DNA of 64,000 nt, taken from positions 320,001 through 384,000 of the forward strand of contig OZ252287.1 of assembly GCA_965250085.1 (NCBI GenBank), in the 5' to 3' direction. Source of the stretch: Candidatus Altimarinota bacterium. Lineage in GTDB: Bacteria; Patescibacteriota; Gracilibacteria; CAIRYL01. Positions 29,183 to 39,253 of this stretch are shown piece after piece. The number at the start of each line of letters is the position of its first letter. The stretch's first letter is position 1. Both the position numbers and the translations under genes were made by a program. The notes beneath the pieces are model-generated. The model was not told where the DNA came from and did not search any database. It saw nothing but the letters and a program-made list of their open reading frames with translations.

Positions 29183-29953
29183 ATGAAAGCATTTACATTA
29201 TTCCGAACTGGAATCGTTGCCATCATCATGATGGCAATTCTTATCACCGGCATGAGCGTGTCAGCTCAGGAGGAAATCATCCCTGAAAACTTTGGTCTTA
29301 ATATCACAGCAGACCAGCTAAGCGAAATCAAAACCGCTATGCAAAATAGAGACAAAGAAACCGTACAAGCACTTTTTGAAGAATATGATATCAGCATGGG
29401 GGACCTTATGAAATTTCGCCAAGCTTATAAGAAAGGCCACCGTGGACCTTCTGAAGAAGTGAAAGCGGCTCTTGAATCTGGAGACTATGCCGCATTTCAA
29501 GAAGCAATAAGAGAAGATGGTCCTTTCGCAGAAGCCATCGATAGCGAAGATAAATTTGCTCAACTCATCGCTCTTCACGAAGCAAAACAAGATGGAGATC
29601 GAGAAACCGCTCAGCAAATTGCTGATGAGCTCGGACTCAAAAAGCCAGGACGCTCACACAAGGGTTTTGGATCTCAACTTTCTGAAGAAGAACGCGCTGC
29701 TGCTAAAGAAGCAGTTCAGAATGGAGATTACAACGCTTGGATCTCGATAGTGGGATCAGACAGTAAGATTGCAGAGAAGGTGACCACAGAAAATTTTAGT
29801 GATTTTCAGGCACTCCACGAAGCCAGAGAAAATGGAGACAAAGAAACAGCCCGGAAAATCGCTGATGAACTTGAACTCAAGCGCCATGGACATGGACACG
29901 GAGGAAAGGGTGGTCGCTTTAAAGGACCAAACGACCAAAGCGATACCAACTAA
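29183..29953 (+). CDS. secreted helical-repeat protein
   Basis: Signal peptide; two repeats of GDY..ALHEA..GD.ETA..IADEL.LK; His/Gly-rich linkers. Confidence 0.7.
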   Translation: MKAFTLFRTGIVAIIMMAILITGMSVSAQEEIIPENFGLNITADQLSEIKTAMQNRDKETVQALFEEYDISMGDLMKFRQAYKKGHRGPSEEVKAALESGDYAAFQEAIREDGPFAEAIDSEDKFAQLIALHEAKQDGDRETAQQIADELGLKKPGRSHKGFGSQLSEEERAAAKEAVQNGDYNAWISIVGSDSKIAEKVTTENFSDFQALHEARENGDKETARKIADELELKRHGHGHGGKGGRFKGPNDQSDTN

Positions 29954-29988
29954 GCATACTTCTCTTTTGGGGAAAAGAGAAAAGGGAT

Positions 29989-30019
29989 AAAAAAGAGGTC
30001 AGTAAATGACCTCTTTTTT
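29989..30019 (+). terminator. intrinsic terminator
   Basis: AAAAAAGAGGTCA-gtaaa-TGACCTCTTTTTT. Confidence 0.8.
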
Positions 30020-30063
30020 GTAAAACACGGAAAATAGCTTACATAAACCATAAAACAAAACTG

Positions 30064-30153
30064 CCCTTCGACAAGCTCAGGACATTCGACTCGATAAAAA
30101 CGATTCTATGGTTGGAAACCATGAGCGAATCCGCTTTAGCAGATGAGTCGAAT
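30064..30153. repeat. REP-like cluster originally 3' of tRNA-Ile
   Basis: CCCTTCGACAAGCTCAGGAC, CATTCGACTC...GAGTCGAATG inverted arms, GAGCGAATCCGC hairpin. Confidence 0.55.
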
Positions 30154-30388
30154 GGTGGAGCAGTTGCACAAATCTTAGAACCGCTTATTGACCTATTCCG
30201 ACTAGATAGAAAAGTGCTTACCTTAGTCAATGGGTTTACTGCCTACTGTCAGAATACCTTTGTGCTAAAAATCCCGCAACCCGTTGTATCGCCAATTGAT
30301 GGGTATTATTATCCATAACCTCAGGGGGACTAGAACTTATAGTAATAGATAGTATAATAGAGATAGAAGACTACAATTATCAATTTCT

Positions 30389-30601
30389 ATGACTAAACCA
30401 AAAAGATACACAACCGAACTTGCGCCAGAAGGTTTTCAATACAAGCCTGCCTGTGGAACTGTAAATGGTGACGGGAGTGTTACTGTTTCTGGATACAATA
30501 TGCAGCAGAAGGATATTGATGAGTATGGAGCTTCATACAAGAATCTTGATGATGTATTCAAAGAGATTGAAGAAGGTATGGAAAGTGAAGGAAAAAAGTA
30601 A
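30389..30601 (+). CDS. small hypothetical protein
   Basis: 70-aa acidic ORF; TATAAT upstream. Confidence 0.5.
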   Translation: MTKPKRYTTELAPEGFQYKPACGTVNGDGSVTVSGYNMQQKDIDEYGASYKNLDDVFKEIEEGMESEGKK

Positions 30602-30950
30602 TAAGTGTCGGAAGCCTAAAAATTTCCCAACATGGGGTTTGTGGCTAAAACAAAACAAAAACTCCTGTTTTTGAGAAAATGATAAGTGTTGGAAAAGACA
30701 GTTATTTGCACTTTTTCACCTATTTCAACAACCCAGAATAACTATGAATAAAACAAACCTATCCAGACGCCAAAAGTGACAAAAATCCATCTGCCAAAAC
30801 TAACAAAAACGTGTTTTTTGCACAGCCGTTAGCCAAAAAAGCTTTACGTTCGAAGTTGCCGCCTGCTAAAGTTTACTTAGAACAACCAAAAACTACGCCT
30901 ACGAAAGAGGGCGTCTTTTCAATGTAACCTAAGTTTTAACCTTCAAACCT

Positions 30951-31547
30951 ATGAAATTTCAACTAAGAACCAAGAACGACTATCCGTTATTTGAAGTAAC
31001 CTCTGCTTTCCAGAAGTCTGTTCGTAGAGGATTAGAAGAGGAAGCAATGTACTGGGCGATGGAGATGGAAGAAAAATACCATGCCTATCTTTGGAAGCGT
31101 GTCACAGTTATTGCTTCGGAAGATATTGGATTAGCTGATAACGGTATGGCAATCCTTATCAGTTCCCTTAAAGCCAATTATGAAGAAGCAAAGAAAAAGG
31201 ATAGAGACGAACGTCTTCTCTTTGTATCGCATGCAATTCTTGCTCTTTGTCGGTCACGAAAGTCCAGAGAGGTAGATGAGTTCATTCATCATTACATCAT
31301 CAATCACACCAGTCTTTACAAAACACCCGAGAAAATGTCCATTCCTGAGTTCGCATACGATAAGCACACAGCTAAGGGTAAACGCATGGGCAAAGGAATG
31401 GCTCACTTTTGGACTGAAGGTGCAACGCTTGCAAATGATATCGGAGGAAGCCAGTACAAAGATTTTGTTACAGAGTTTTACAAGACAGAGCCAAAGCCAA
31501 AAGAGAAAGTTGAATTAGAAGAAAAACAAAATAAATTGTTTGAATAA
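30951..31547 (+). CDS. stand-alone RarA/MgsA C-terminal-like helical domain protein
   Basis: SAFQKSVRRG, AMYWA, KRVTVIASEDIGLA, KSRE; no Walker A. Confidence 0.7.
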   Translation: MKFQLRTKNDYPLFEVTSAFQKSVRRGLEEEAMYWAMEMEEKYHAYLWKRVTVIASEDIGLADNGMAILISSLKANYEEAKKKDRDERLLFVSHAILALCRSRKSREVDEFIHHYIINHTSLYKTPEKMSIPEFAYDKHTAKGKRMGKGMAHFWTEGATLANDIGGSQYKDFVTEFYKTEPKPKEKVELEEKQNKLFE

Positions 31548-31564
31548 CATTAACCTTTAATCCT

Positions 31565-32131
31565 ATGAAAACCGCAATCTATGCACGTATTTCGACCACA
31601 GACAAAGGTCAGGATGTTGATACTCAGCTCATACCACTCAAAGAATATATAGAACGTAGAGGCTGGGAAACATTCAATATCTACGTTGATGAAATGAGTG
31701 GGAGTAAAGAAAATCGACCTTCCCTTAATGAATTGATGAAGGATGCACATAAGAAAAAGTTCGATGTTGTACTTTGTTTCCGCTTCGACCGTTTTGCACG
31801 GTCTACAAAGCAGTTAATCAATGCGCTCGATACTTTTAACAGTCTGGGAGTCGATTTCGTAAGCTATCAGGAAGCCATTGATACAACTACACCAGCCGGT
31901 CAGATGATGTTTACTATGATTGCTGGATTCGCAACTTTCGAGAGACAAATTATACAAGAGCGAGTCAAAGCAGGTCTTATTAAGGCAAGGGCTAAAGGTA
32001 AGCGTCTTGGTAGACCAAAATCAAATGTAGATGTTGATAAAATCAAGGAACTGAAAGCTAAAGGTTATTCAATCCGAAAAATTGCAGAGATCCTACAAAT
32101 TCCAAAGAGTACGATACAAAATTACCTTTGA
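31565..32131 (+). CDS. small serine resolvase/invertase
   Basis: AIYARIST, RFDRFARS, FERQIIQERVKAG, GKRLGRP, C-terminal HTH. Confidence 0.93.
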   Translation: MKTAIYARISTTDKGQDVDTQLIPLKEYIERRGWETFNIYVDEMSGSKENRPSLNELMKDAHKKKFDVVLCFRFDRFARSTKQLINALDTFNSLGVDFVSYQEAIDTTTPAGQMMFTMIAGFATFERQIIQERVKAGLIKARAKGKRLGRPKSNVDVDKIKELKAKGYSIRKIAEILQIPKSTIQNYL

Positions 32132-32209
32132 TTTTTACAAAACCGCTGGAAAAACGTAAACTATGAATAGCCGAGCAGGTTATTTTTTATTAAAAGGAAC
32201 AAGTTAAAT

Positions 32210-33667
32210 ATGCTCTCAAAATCCGATTATCTTAGGTTCTTACAATGCCCCAGACTCCTGTGGCTTTTTAAGAATCGAAAAGGTCAGGTTGAGCAAACCG
32301 AGAAATCAATAAGCAGTAAAAGGACTATAGAAGAAGGAAATGAGGTGGAGGGATATGCACGTAAGTTATTCCCCACAGGCAAGCTGGCAGAAGGATTTTA
32401 TGAGGAAGCTCACAAGTCTACTAAAGCTCTGCTAGATGCAGATGAAAAAGTTATCTTTCAGGCTACTGCTATTGTAGAAGGTCTATTGGCTATGGCAGAT
32501 ATTTTTGAATATGACGAGTCCAATCAATACTGGGTTATCAACGAGGTTAAAAGTGCAACGGAAGTTGATGATGACCATATTGCAGATGCCTGTTTTCAAA
32601 AAATAGCGTTTGAAAAAGCTGGATTTAAGGTTGGAAAAGTTAATTTGATACATATCAATAACGAATATGTCAGAAATAGCGAAATCAATCCGAAAGAACT
32701 TTTTAAGATTGAAGACATCACCGAACAGGTCAAAAAGATTGAGCCAGAAACCAAAGATAATATCGAGATAGCTCTAAAGGTTGAATCACAAGAAAAAGAA
32801 CCTACCCCTCAAATCGTCAAACAGTGTAAGAGGAGACAGGTTAAACAATGCCCCTACATTCCACATTGCTGGAAGAACATTCCAGATTACTCAATTTATG
32901 ACCTTAGTCGCATTTCAGAAAAGAAACTCATTCAGCTTCTTGATGATGGTGGCTTGGATATTACAGACATACCTATTGAGGGCTTTCCCTTATCTGAAAA
33001 GCAGGAAAATCAAGTTACGGCAGCCCATGCAGGCAAGCCAATGATTGATAAAGAATCCATACGAGAGGAATTATCGAGTTTAGAATATCCACTCTACTTT
33101 CTGGATTACGAGTCATTCTTTCCAGCCATTCCACTTTTCGATGGATTCAAACCATATCAACAAATGTGCTTTCAGTACTCACTACATGTAGTTGAAGCGG
33201 AAGGAGAAAAAGCTAAGCATTATGAATTTTTGCAAAAAGATTTATCAGACCCAGTACCAGCCTTGCTCGAAAGTCTCAGGGTAAACATTGGTGATACTGG
33301 AGCAGTATTGGTTTGGCATAAAACATTTGAAACTCAACGGAATACAGAAATGGGGCTCATGCACCCAGAATATGCAAGCTTCTTAGAATCAGTTAATAGC
33401 CGAGTTTATGATTTAGAAGATATCTTTACCAAGCAATACTTCGTACACCCAGATTTTAAGGGTAGAACATCAATCAAAAAAGTTCTTCCTGTTCTTGTGC
33501 CAGAGCTGTCATACCAAGATTTAGAGATATCAGAAGGAGCTACTGCAAGTTGTAAGTGGTTTGAAATGGTATCACAGACAAAAGATGAGAAGCTCTACAA
33601 GGACTTACTGGCCTATTGTGAGATGGATACCTTAGCAATGGTGAGACTTTTTGAAGCCTTACTTTAA
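32210..33667 (+). CDS. DUF2779-like protein (Cas4/PD-(D/E)XK-like N-terminus plus DEDD/RNase H-like C-terminus)
   Basis: LSKSDY..QCPRLLWL, ADI..EVKS, C..CPY..HC, YFLDYES, FQYSLH, SIKKVLP, YCEMDT. Confidence 0.75.
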   Translation: MLSKSDYLRFLQCPRLLWLFKNRKGQVEQTEKSISSKRTIEEGNEVEGYARKLFPTGKLAEGFYEEAHKSTKALLDADEKVIFQATAIVEGLLAMADIFEYDESNQYWVINEVKSATEVDDDHIADACFQKIAFEKAGFKVGKVNLIHINNEYVRNSEINPKELFKIEDITEQVKKIEPETKDNIEIALKVESQEKEPTPQIVKQCKRRQVKQCPYIPHCWKNIPDYSIYDLSRISEKKLIQLLDDGGLDITDIPIEGFPLSEKQENQVTAAHAGKPMIDKESIREELSSLEYPLYFLDYESFFPAIPLFDGFKPYQQMCFQYSLHVVEAEGEKAKHYEFLQKDLSDPVPALLESLRVNIGDTGAVLVWHKTFETQRNTEMGLMHPEYASFLESVNSRVYDLEDIFTKQYFVHPDFKGRTSIKKVLPVLVPELSYQDLEISEGATASCKWFEMVSQTKDEKLYKDLLAYCEMDTLAMVRLFEALL

Positions 33668-34168
33668 TACCGGATTATCTTTTATCAGGAATAGCTCAAA
33701 GTAGTTATGCCCCTGTCGGTTTTTGAGTGTTCTGGTTTTCAGCTTGCCTTCCTTTACTAGCTTACGAGCGTCTTTCTTCTTCAATCCAAACTTAGATTCG
33801 AGACTCCAATATGAATACCAGCTATCCCTATTCTTAAATACGGATTTGGGAATTCTTTTCTTATTAAGATTATCTTGGCAGTCCAAGCATTTTTGCCCAC
33901 ATTCGTCATACCAAACTTCGGTATTGCACATCTGCTTACCGCAAATAGGACAAGAATAGATACCGTTATCATCATAATGAAATCCTTTTGGATTATCTTT
34001 GAGTTTGGCTTTACGTTTGCATTCCTTCGCGTGCATGTCATAGCACAGCTTCACATAATTCAATAAATTTTGAGCTGACTCTCTGGCTTCGGTATTGCTA
34101 ATCTCTTTACCAAACTCTTTTTTGTAAATTTGTTTGAACTCTTCGATTCTTTCATCGGAAATTTGCAT
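33659..34168 (-). CDS. hypothetical protein with a zinc-finger-like motif
   Basis: ISDERIEEFKQIYKKEFG N-terminus; CPIC...KCLDC. Confidence 0.7.
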   Translation of the reverse strand: MQISDERIEEFKQIYKKEFGKEISNTEARESAQNLLNYVKLCYDMHAKECKRKAKLKDNPKGFHYDDNGIYSCPICGKQMCNTEVWYDECGQKCLDCQDNLNKKRIPKSVFKNRDSWYSYWSLESKFGLKKKDARKLVKEGKLKTRTLKNRQGHNYFELFLIKDNPVLK

Positions 34169-34422
34169 AGGATTGAGGTTAAAAGTTAATTACTCATATT
34201 GTATGAAAAAATGACTGTCCCAAAAACCCCTAAATTTTGAGGTCTGAAAAACGCCTTAAATAAAAGCTTTGATTAAGTCAAAACAACTGTCCCACAAACA
34301 TTTCTTTTACGTCCATAGTGGGTAGGTTTCAGCACCTACCCTTTATTGATTTTATTCTCAAAATTGATATGATACCTATGAAAGACTTGTATAACTTTAA
34401 TCGCCTACATAATTCTTTGAAT

Positions 34423-34635
34423 ATGCTAGAAGACAAGCCAGAAATCCTCACCATTCAGGAGGTTGCGGAGATACTCAATGTTTCAACGCAGACATTACGA
34501 AGATGGGACAATCAAGGTATTGTGAAGTCCTTTCGGGCAACTACTACCCACCCTCGCAGGTATCACAAAAAGGACATAATCGCATATCTGCAATCAAGCC
34601 CTCAAGACGAGGACTCATCTACATCAGATAACTAA
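34423..34635 (+). CDS. MerR-type HTH (excisionase/controller-like)
   Basis: LTIQEVAEILNVSTQTLRRWDNQG...RRY. Confidence 0.8.
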   Translation: MLEDKPEILTIQEVAEILNVSTQTLRRWDNQGIVKSFRATTTHPRRYHKKDIIAYLQSSPQDEDSSTSDN

Positions 34636-34647
34636 GCAACCAATCCT

Positions 34648-36528
34648 ATGAAAAATACTAAAATGGACGGCAAATCAATAAACCCACAAGAAGAACTCTT
34701 GGAGCTTCTCAAGCAGAAATTTCCTGAGATATTCGCAGAAGGTGAAGTTGATTGTCAAAAACTCAAGCAAACTCTTGGAGAAGAGGTTGATTTGGATAGC
34801 GAACGATACGGAATGACATGGGCTGGAAAAAGTAACTGCTTCCGTGTAATTCAAGAACCAACCACAGCCACTCTAAAGCCGGCGCAAGATGAGTCGGTAG
34901 ATTTTAATGAGACTGAGAATCTTTTCATTGATGGAGACAACCTTGAAGTTCTCAAGGTTTTGCAAAAATCCTATTATGGGAAGGTGAAGATGATTTACAT
35001 AGATCCTCCATACAATACTGGTAACGATTTTATCTACAATGATGATTTTAGGCAGAACCTAGAAAGGTATCAGCAGGAGGCTGGTATAAAAGATGACAAT
35101 GGCAACTTACGTGACGATGGTTTAATGAAGAATACTAGAGATAGAGGTCACTATCATTCTGATTGGCTCAACATGATGTACCCTCGGTTGTTCTTGGCTC
35201 GCAACCTCTTGCGGAAAGACGGGGTGATTTTTGTGAGCATTGATGACAATGAGGTTCATAATCTAAGAATGATGATGAACGAGATATTTGGAGAAGAAAA
35301 TTTTATAGCAAAATTTGTGTGGAAAAGAAGACAGAATGCTGACAATAGAAATCAAAGCAACGTTTCAATTGATCACGAGTACGTTTTAGTCTTTTCTCGG
35401 AATTTTGAAGCAACTTCGTTTTCAGGGGTTGCTATTGATACTTCAAAGTACAAAAATCCAGATAATGACCCCCGTGGCGATTGGGCAAGTATAGACTTAT
35501 CAGGTTTAGCCACTCAAAACCAAAGACCAAATCTTCATTACGAAATAACAGACCCCAATACAGGCGTTTCATATCCACCAAATCCGAAACGTGGCTGGTC
35601 GAAGTCGAAAAATGTCGTATTAGAGATGATTAAAGATGGACGAATTTTATTCCCCAAAAAACCAACAGGACGACCAAGAGAAAAGAAGTTTATTGCTGAT
35701 TTACGAAAGCAAATTACAGGTTTTTCTTCCGTGCTTAATTCTTCAATCGTTGGCTATACAACAAATGGAACAAGAGAGGTCTCTCAAATCTTTGATGAGA
35801 AGATTTTTGATTTTCCGAAACCAGTCAGTTTGTTAAAGCAACTCATTCAACAAGGAGTATCAAATAACGATATCGTTCTCGACTTCTTCGCAGGCTCAGG
35901 TACAACAGCACATGCCGTTATGGCTTTGAACGCAGAAGATGGAGGAAACCGTAAGTGTATATCAGTCCAGCTTCCAGAGCTATGCGATGAGAAGAGCGAA
36001 GCTTACGAGGCAGGTTACAAGACCATTGCAGATATATCAAAAGAACGTATCAGACGTGCTGGCAAGAAAATAACAGATGAAAAAGGCAGCCAATTGGACC
36101 TAGACGGCAATAAGCTAGATACGGGATTCAAAGTGTTCAAACTCGACCAGAGCAATTTCAAAATTTGGAGAACCGACGTGAAGAACGACAAGGAATTGAT
36201 AGAGCAGATGAACATATTTGTTGATAATGTGAAGAAAGAGAGTACGCAAGACAATATCCTCTACGAGCTAATACTCAAGAGCGGGCTTGATTTGAATGTC
36301 AACGTAGAGAAAAAAAAGGCAGACAAAAAAGTCTACTACTCACTAGATGGGGGCAAGTTGGTTATTTGCCTTGAAGATAAGCTATCTCAAGATTTAGTCG
36401 ATGCAATCCTTGCTGATAAGCCTGAGAAAGCTATCTGTCTCGATAAAGCGTTCGGAGGAAACGACCAACTCAAAACGAATACAGTCTTGCAAATGGAAGC
36501 TGGGAAGATAGATTTTAAGATAATTTAA
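34648..36528 (+). CDS. mod: type III RM methyltransferase
   Basis: GDNLEVLK, IYIDPPYNTG, HSDWLNMMYPRL, FPKP, LDFFAGSGTT. Confidence 0.95.
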   Translation: MKNTKMDGKSINPQEELLELLKQKFPEIFAEGEVDCQKLKQTLGEEVDLDSERYGMTWAGKSNCFRVIQEPTTATLKPAQDESVDFNETENLFIDGDNLEVLKVLQKSYYGKVKMIYIDPPYNTGNDFIYNDDFRQNLERYQQEAGIKDDNGNLRDDGLMKNTRDRGHYHSDWLNMMYPRLFLARNLLRKDGVIFVSIDDNEVHNLRMMMNEIFGEENFIAKFVWKRRQNADNRNQSNVSIDHEYVLVFSRNFEATSFSGVAIDTSKYKNPDNDPRGDWASIDLSGLATQNQRPNLHYEITDPNTGVSYPPNPKRGWSKSKNVVLEMIKDGRILFPKKPTGRPREKKFIADLRKQITGFSSVLNSSIVGYTTNGTREVSQIFDEKIFDFPKPVSLLKQLIQQGVSNNDIVLDFFAGSGTTAHAVMALNAEDGGNRKCISVQLPELCDEKSEAYEAGYKTIADISKERIRRAGKKITDEKGSQLDLDGNKLDTGFKVFKLDQSNFKIWRTDVKNDKELIEQMNIFVDNVKKESTQDNILYELILKSGLDLNVNVEKKKADKKVYYSLDGGKLVICLEDKLSQDLVDAILADKPEKAICLDKAFGGNDQLKTNTVLQMEAGKIDFKII

Positions 36529-36532
36529 TACT

Positions 36533-39187
36533 ATGAAATTACAATTCGACTCAACACAGGAATACCAGCTAGAAGCCATCAAGGCTACTACAGACCTATT
36601 CAAAGGACAACCCTTGAACAAGGGTGACTTTGAGATGAAACTAGCACTTCCAGAAGACCAGTTGCAAATAGGTAACGAATTTGTAGTTGGTAATAACCTC
36701 GTGCTTGCAGAAGAAACAATGCTCAAGAATCTTCAAGCAATTCAAGGTATAAACGAACTAGAAAAGTCTCAAGAGCTAGATGGAAAGCATTTCTCTGTTG
36801 AAATGGAAACTGGGACAGGAAAAACCTACGTCTACTTACGAACCATTCATGAGCTATACAAGCAATATGGTTTCAAAAAGTTTGTCATAGTAGTTCCAAG
36901 CATTGCTATCAAAGAAGGAGTAGTAAAAAACCTCAAAATTACACAGGAACACTTTGACATGCTCTACGAAAACCCAGAGATGGACTTCTACGTGTACGAC
37001 ACCAAGAAACGAGGACAGCTCAAGAATTTTGCTACTACCAATGCTTTGCAAGTCCTTGTCATCAACATCGACTCCTTTGCCAAGTTCAGCGAGGACAAAA
37101 AAGGTAAAAATATCATCTACAAGGATAGCGATTGGGGTATTCCTATTGAGTACATACAAGGCGTGAAACCTGTCGTGATTGTAGACGAACCACAGAATAT
37201 GGAAACAGATATCAGGAAGAAGGCTATTGATAATCTTAACCCTCTCTGCACCCTTCGCTACTCTGCTACCCACAAATACCATTACAATCTTGTACACAAG
37301 CTCGACCCAGTAAGTGCCTATGATTTAGGTTTGGTAAAAAAGATTGAAGTGGATTCGGTCATTACCGAAGAAAGTCATAATGGAGCATACGTTCAACTCA
37401 AGTCGGTTGATGCCAAAAAGACCAAAGTCACAGCAAAAATGCAGATAGATGTAGCTGATAAAAGCGGTGTAAGCAAGAAAGTAGTTACTTTCAAGGTGGG
37501 TGATGACCTTTTCGAGGTCTCAGGTCAAAGAGACGTTTATCGAGACGGTTACATAATAAACGAGATTGATGTAGCAGGTCAGGCTGTGGCGTTTAGTAAT
37601 GGCTCAATACTTTACGTCGGACAAACCAAAGGAGGATTAAATGACGATGTGATGAAATTTCAGATAAAAAAGACTGTTCAGAACCATTTCGAGAAAGAAA
37701 AACGGTTGAAGGAGCAAGGAATCAAAGTCCTGTCCCTCTTTTTCATAGACCGTGTAGCAAACTATCGGGACTATCAGGATGGAAAAGCCCTCAATGGTAA
37801 ATTCGCCGACTGGTTTGAAGAAGCATTCAATGAGATGGTTCAAAATCCAATGTACAAAGACCTCATACCACATGATGTTGCTAAAGTTCACAATGGATAT
37901 TTTTCTGCTGATAAAAAAGGGCTCATCAAAGATACCAAAGGAAATACAAAAGCTGATGATGATACGTATGCCCTTATCATGAGAGACAAAGAGAAATTAC
38001 TCTCCATAGAAGAGCCTCTTCGGTTCATATTTTCTCATTCTGCCCTACGGGAGGGGTGGGACAATCCAAACGTTTTTCAAATCTGTACCCTAAACGAATC
38101 CCGTTCGGACATAAAGAAACGTCAAGAAATCGGACGCGGTTTACGTCTACCTGTGAATCAGGAGGGTGTACGAGTATTTGATGACAATGTAAATATCCTT
38201 ACTGTGACAGCCAATGAAAGCTATGAAGATTTTGCCAGAAGTTTGCAGACTGAAATCGAGCAGGACTGTGGCGTAGATTTCAAAGGACGAGTGAAAAACA
38301 AAGCCAAAAGAACAACCGTGAAACTCAAGAAGGGATATCAGCTTGATGAGAATTTCAAAGACCTTTGGAGCAAAATCCAGCACAGAACACGGTATCAGGT
38401 TGAATATGAGACCACTGAATTGATTGAGAGAGCTTCAAAGGAGCTTGAGGCAATGAATATCACCGTTCCTAAGATAATGAGCCTAAAAGCACGGCTAGAT
38501 ATTACAAGAGAAGGAGTTGAGACAGGATTGACTAGCGTCCGTGAAAAGAGGGTCGAAGTTAAAATGACCAGCATCCCAGATATTTTAGGGTACATTCAGG
38601 GAAAAACACGACTTACAAAAGATACTATCCTCAAAATCATTGAAGAATCAGGAAGAGTGTCAGATATTTTCAAGAATCCACAGCAGTTCATGGATAATGC
38701 AGCCACTCTTATCAATACCGTTCTTCGTAAAATGATGATAGACGGTATCAAGTACGAGAAGATTGCTGGTGAGGTGTGGGAAATGCGTCAATTTGAAAAC
38801 GAAGAGCTTGAGGGATATTTGGATAGCATGTTTGAGGTGAATAACTCAGATAAAACACTTTACGATTATGTTGTGTGTGATTCTAAGATCGAAAGCCAGT
38901 TCGCTAAAGACCTCGAGGTAAATGAGGACGTAAAGTTCTACATCAAGCTCCCATATTGGTTCAAAATTGAAACCCCTATTGGTTCGTACAATCCAGACTG
39001 GGCAGTAGTTTTTGAAGCTGACAAAAGGGTTTACTTTGTTGCTGAAAGTAAAGGAACAACTCACCTTGATGAGCTACGAGAAGCAGAGCGTATGAAAATC
39101 AAATGTGGTGAAAAACATTTCGACGAATTTGATGATGTTGAGTTCAAAGCACCTGTTAGCAAAGTAAGCGAAATGGTCACGAGCTAA
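36533..39187 (+). CDS. res: type III RM restriction endonuclease/helicase
   Basis: EMETGTGKT, VDEPQ, RYSATH, LREGWDNPNVFQIC, QEIGRGLRL, YNPDWA..ESK. Confidence 0.95.
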   Translation: MKLQFDSTQEYQLEAIKATTDLFKGQPLNKGDFEMKLALPEDQLQIGNEFVVGNNLVLAEETMLKNLQAIQGINELEKSQELDGKHFSVEMETGTGKTYVYLRTIHELYKQYGFKKFVIVVPSIAIKEGVVKNLKITQEHFDMLYENPEMDFYVYDTKKRGQLKNFATTNALQVLVINIDSFAKFSEDKKGKNIIYKDSDWGIPIEYIQGVKPVVIVDEPQNMETDIRKKAIDNLNPLCTLRYSATHKYHYNLVHKLDPVSAYDLGLVKKIEVDSVITEESHNGAYVQLKSVDAKKTKVTAKMQIDVADKSGVSKKVVTFKVGDDLFEVSGQRDVYRDGYIINEIDVAGQAVAFSNGSILYVGQTKGGLNDDVMKFQIKKTVQNHFEKEKRLKEQGIKVLSLFFIDRVANYRDYQDGKALNGKFADWFEEAFNEMVQNPMYKDLIPHDVAKVHNGYFSADKKGLIKDTKGNTKADDDTYALIMRDKEKLLSIEEPLRFIFSHSALREGWDNPNVFQICTLNESRSDIKKRQEIGRGLRLPVNQEGVRVFDDNVNILTVTANESYEDFARSLQTEIEQDCGVDFKGRVKNKAKRTTVKLKKGYQLDENFKDLWSKIQHRTRYQVEYETTELIERASKELEAMNITVPKIMSLKARLDITREGVETGLTSVREKRVEVKMTSIPDILGYIQGKTRLTKDTILKIIEESGRVSDIFKNPQQFMDNAATLINTVLRKMMIDGIKYEKIAGEVWEMRQFENEELEGYLDSMFEVNNSDKTLYDYVVCDSKIESQFAKDLEVNEDVKFYIKLPYWFKIETPIGSYNPDWAVVFEADKRVYFVAESKGTTHLDELREAERMKIKCGEKHFDEFDDVEFKAPVSKVSEMVTS

Positions 39188-39253
39188 TTTGGCGGTCTAT
39201 TTGATTAAAAATTTACAAATCTGCTAGAAAAGTTTATTACTTAAAAAATTAAG

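Noticed and set aside
32210-33667. CRISPR-Cas locus
   Set aside because: Only Cas4-like motifs; no other cas genes and no repeat-spacer array seen in the window
34648-36528. Phase-variable mod (phasevarion)
   Set aside because: No simple-sequence repeat tract near the 5' end and the frame is intact
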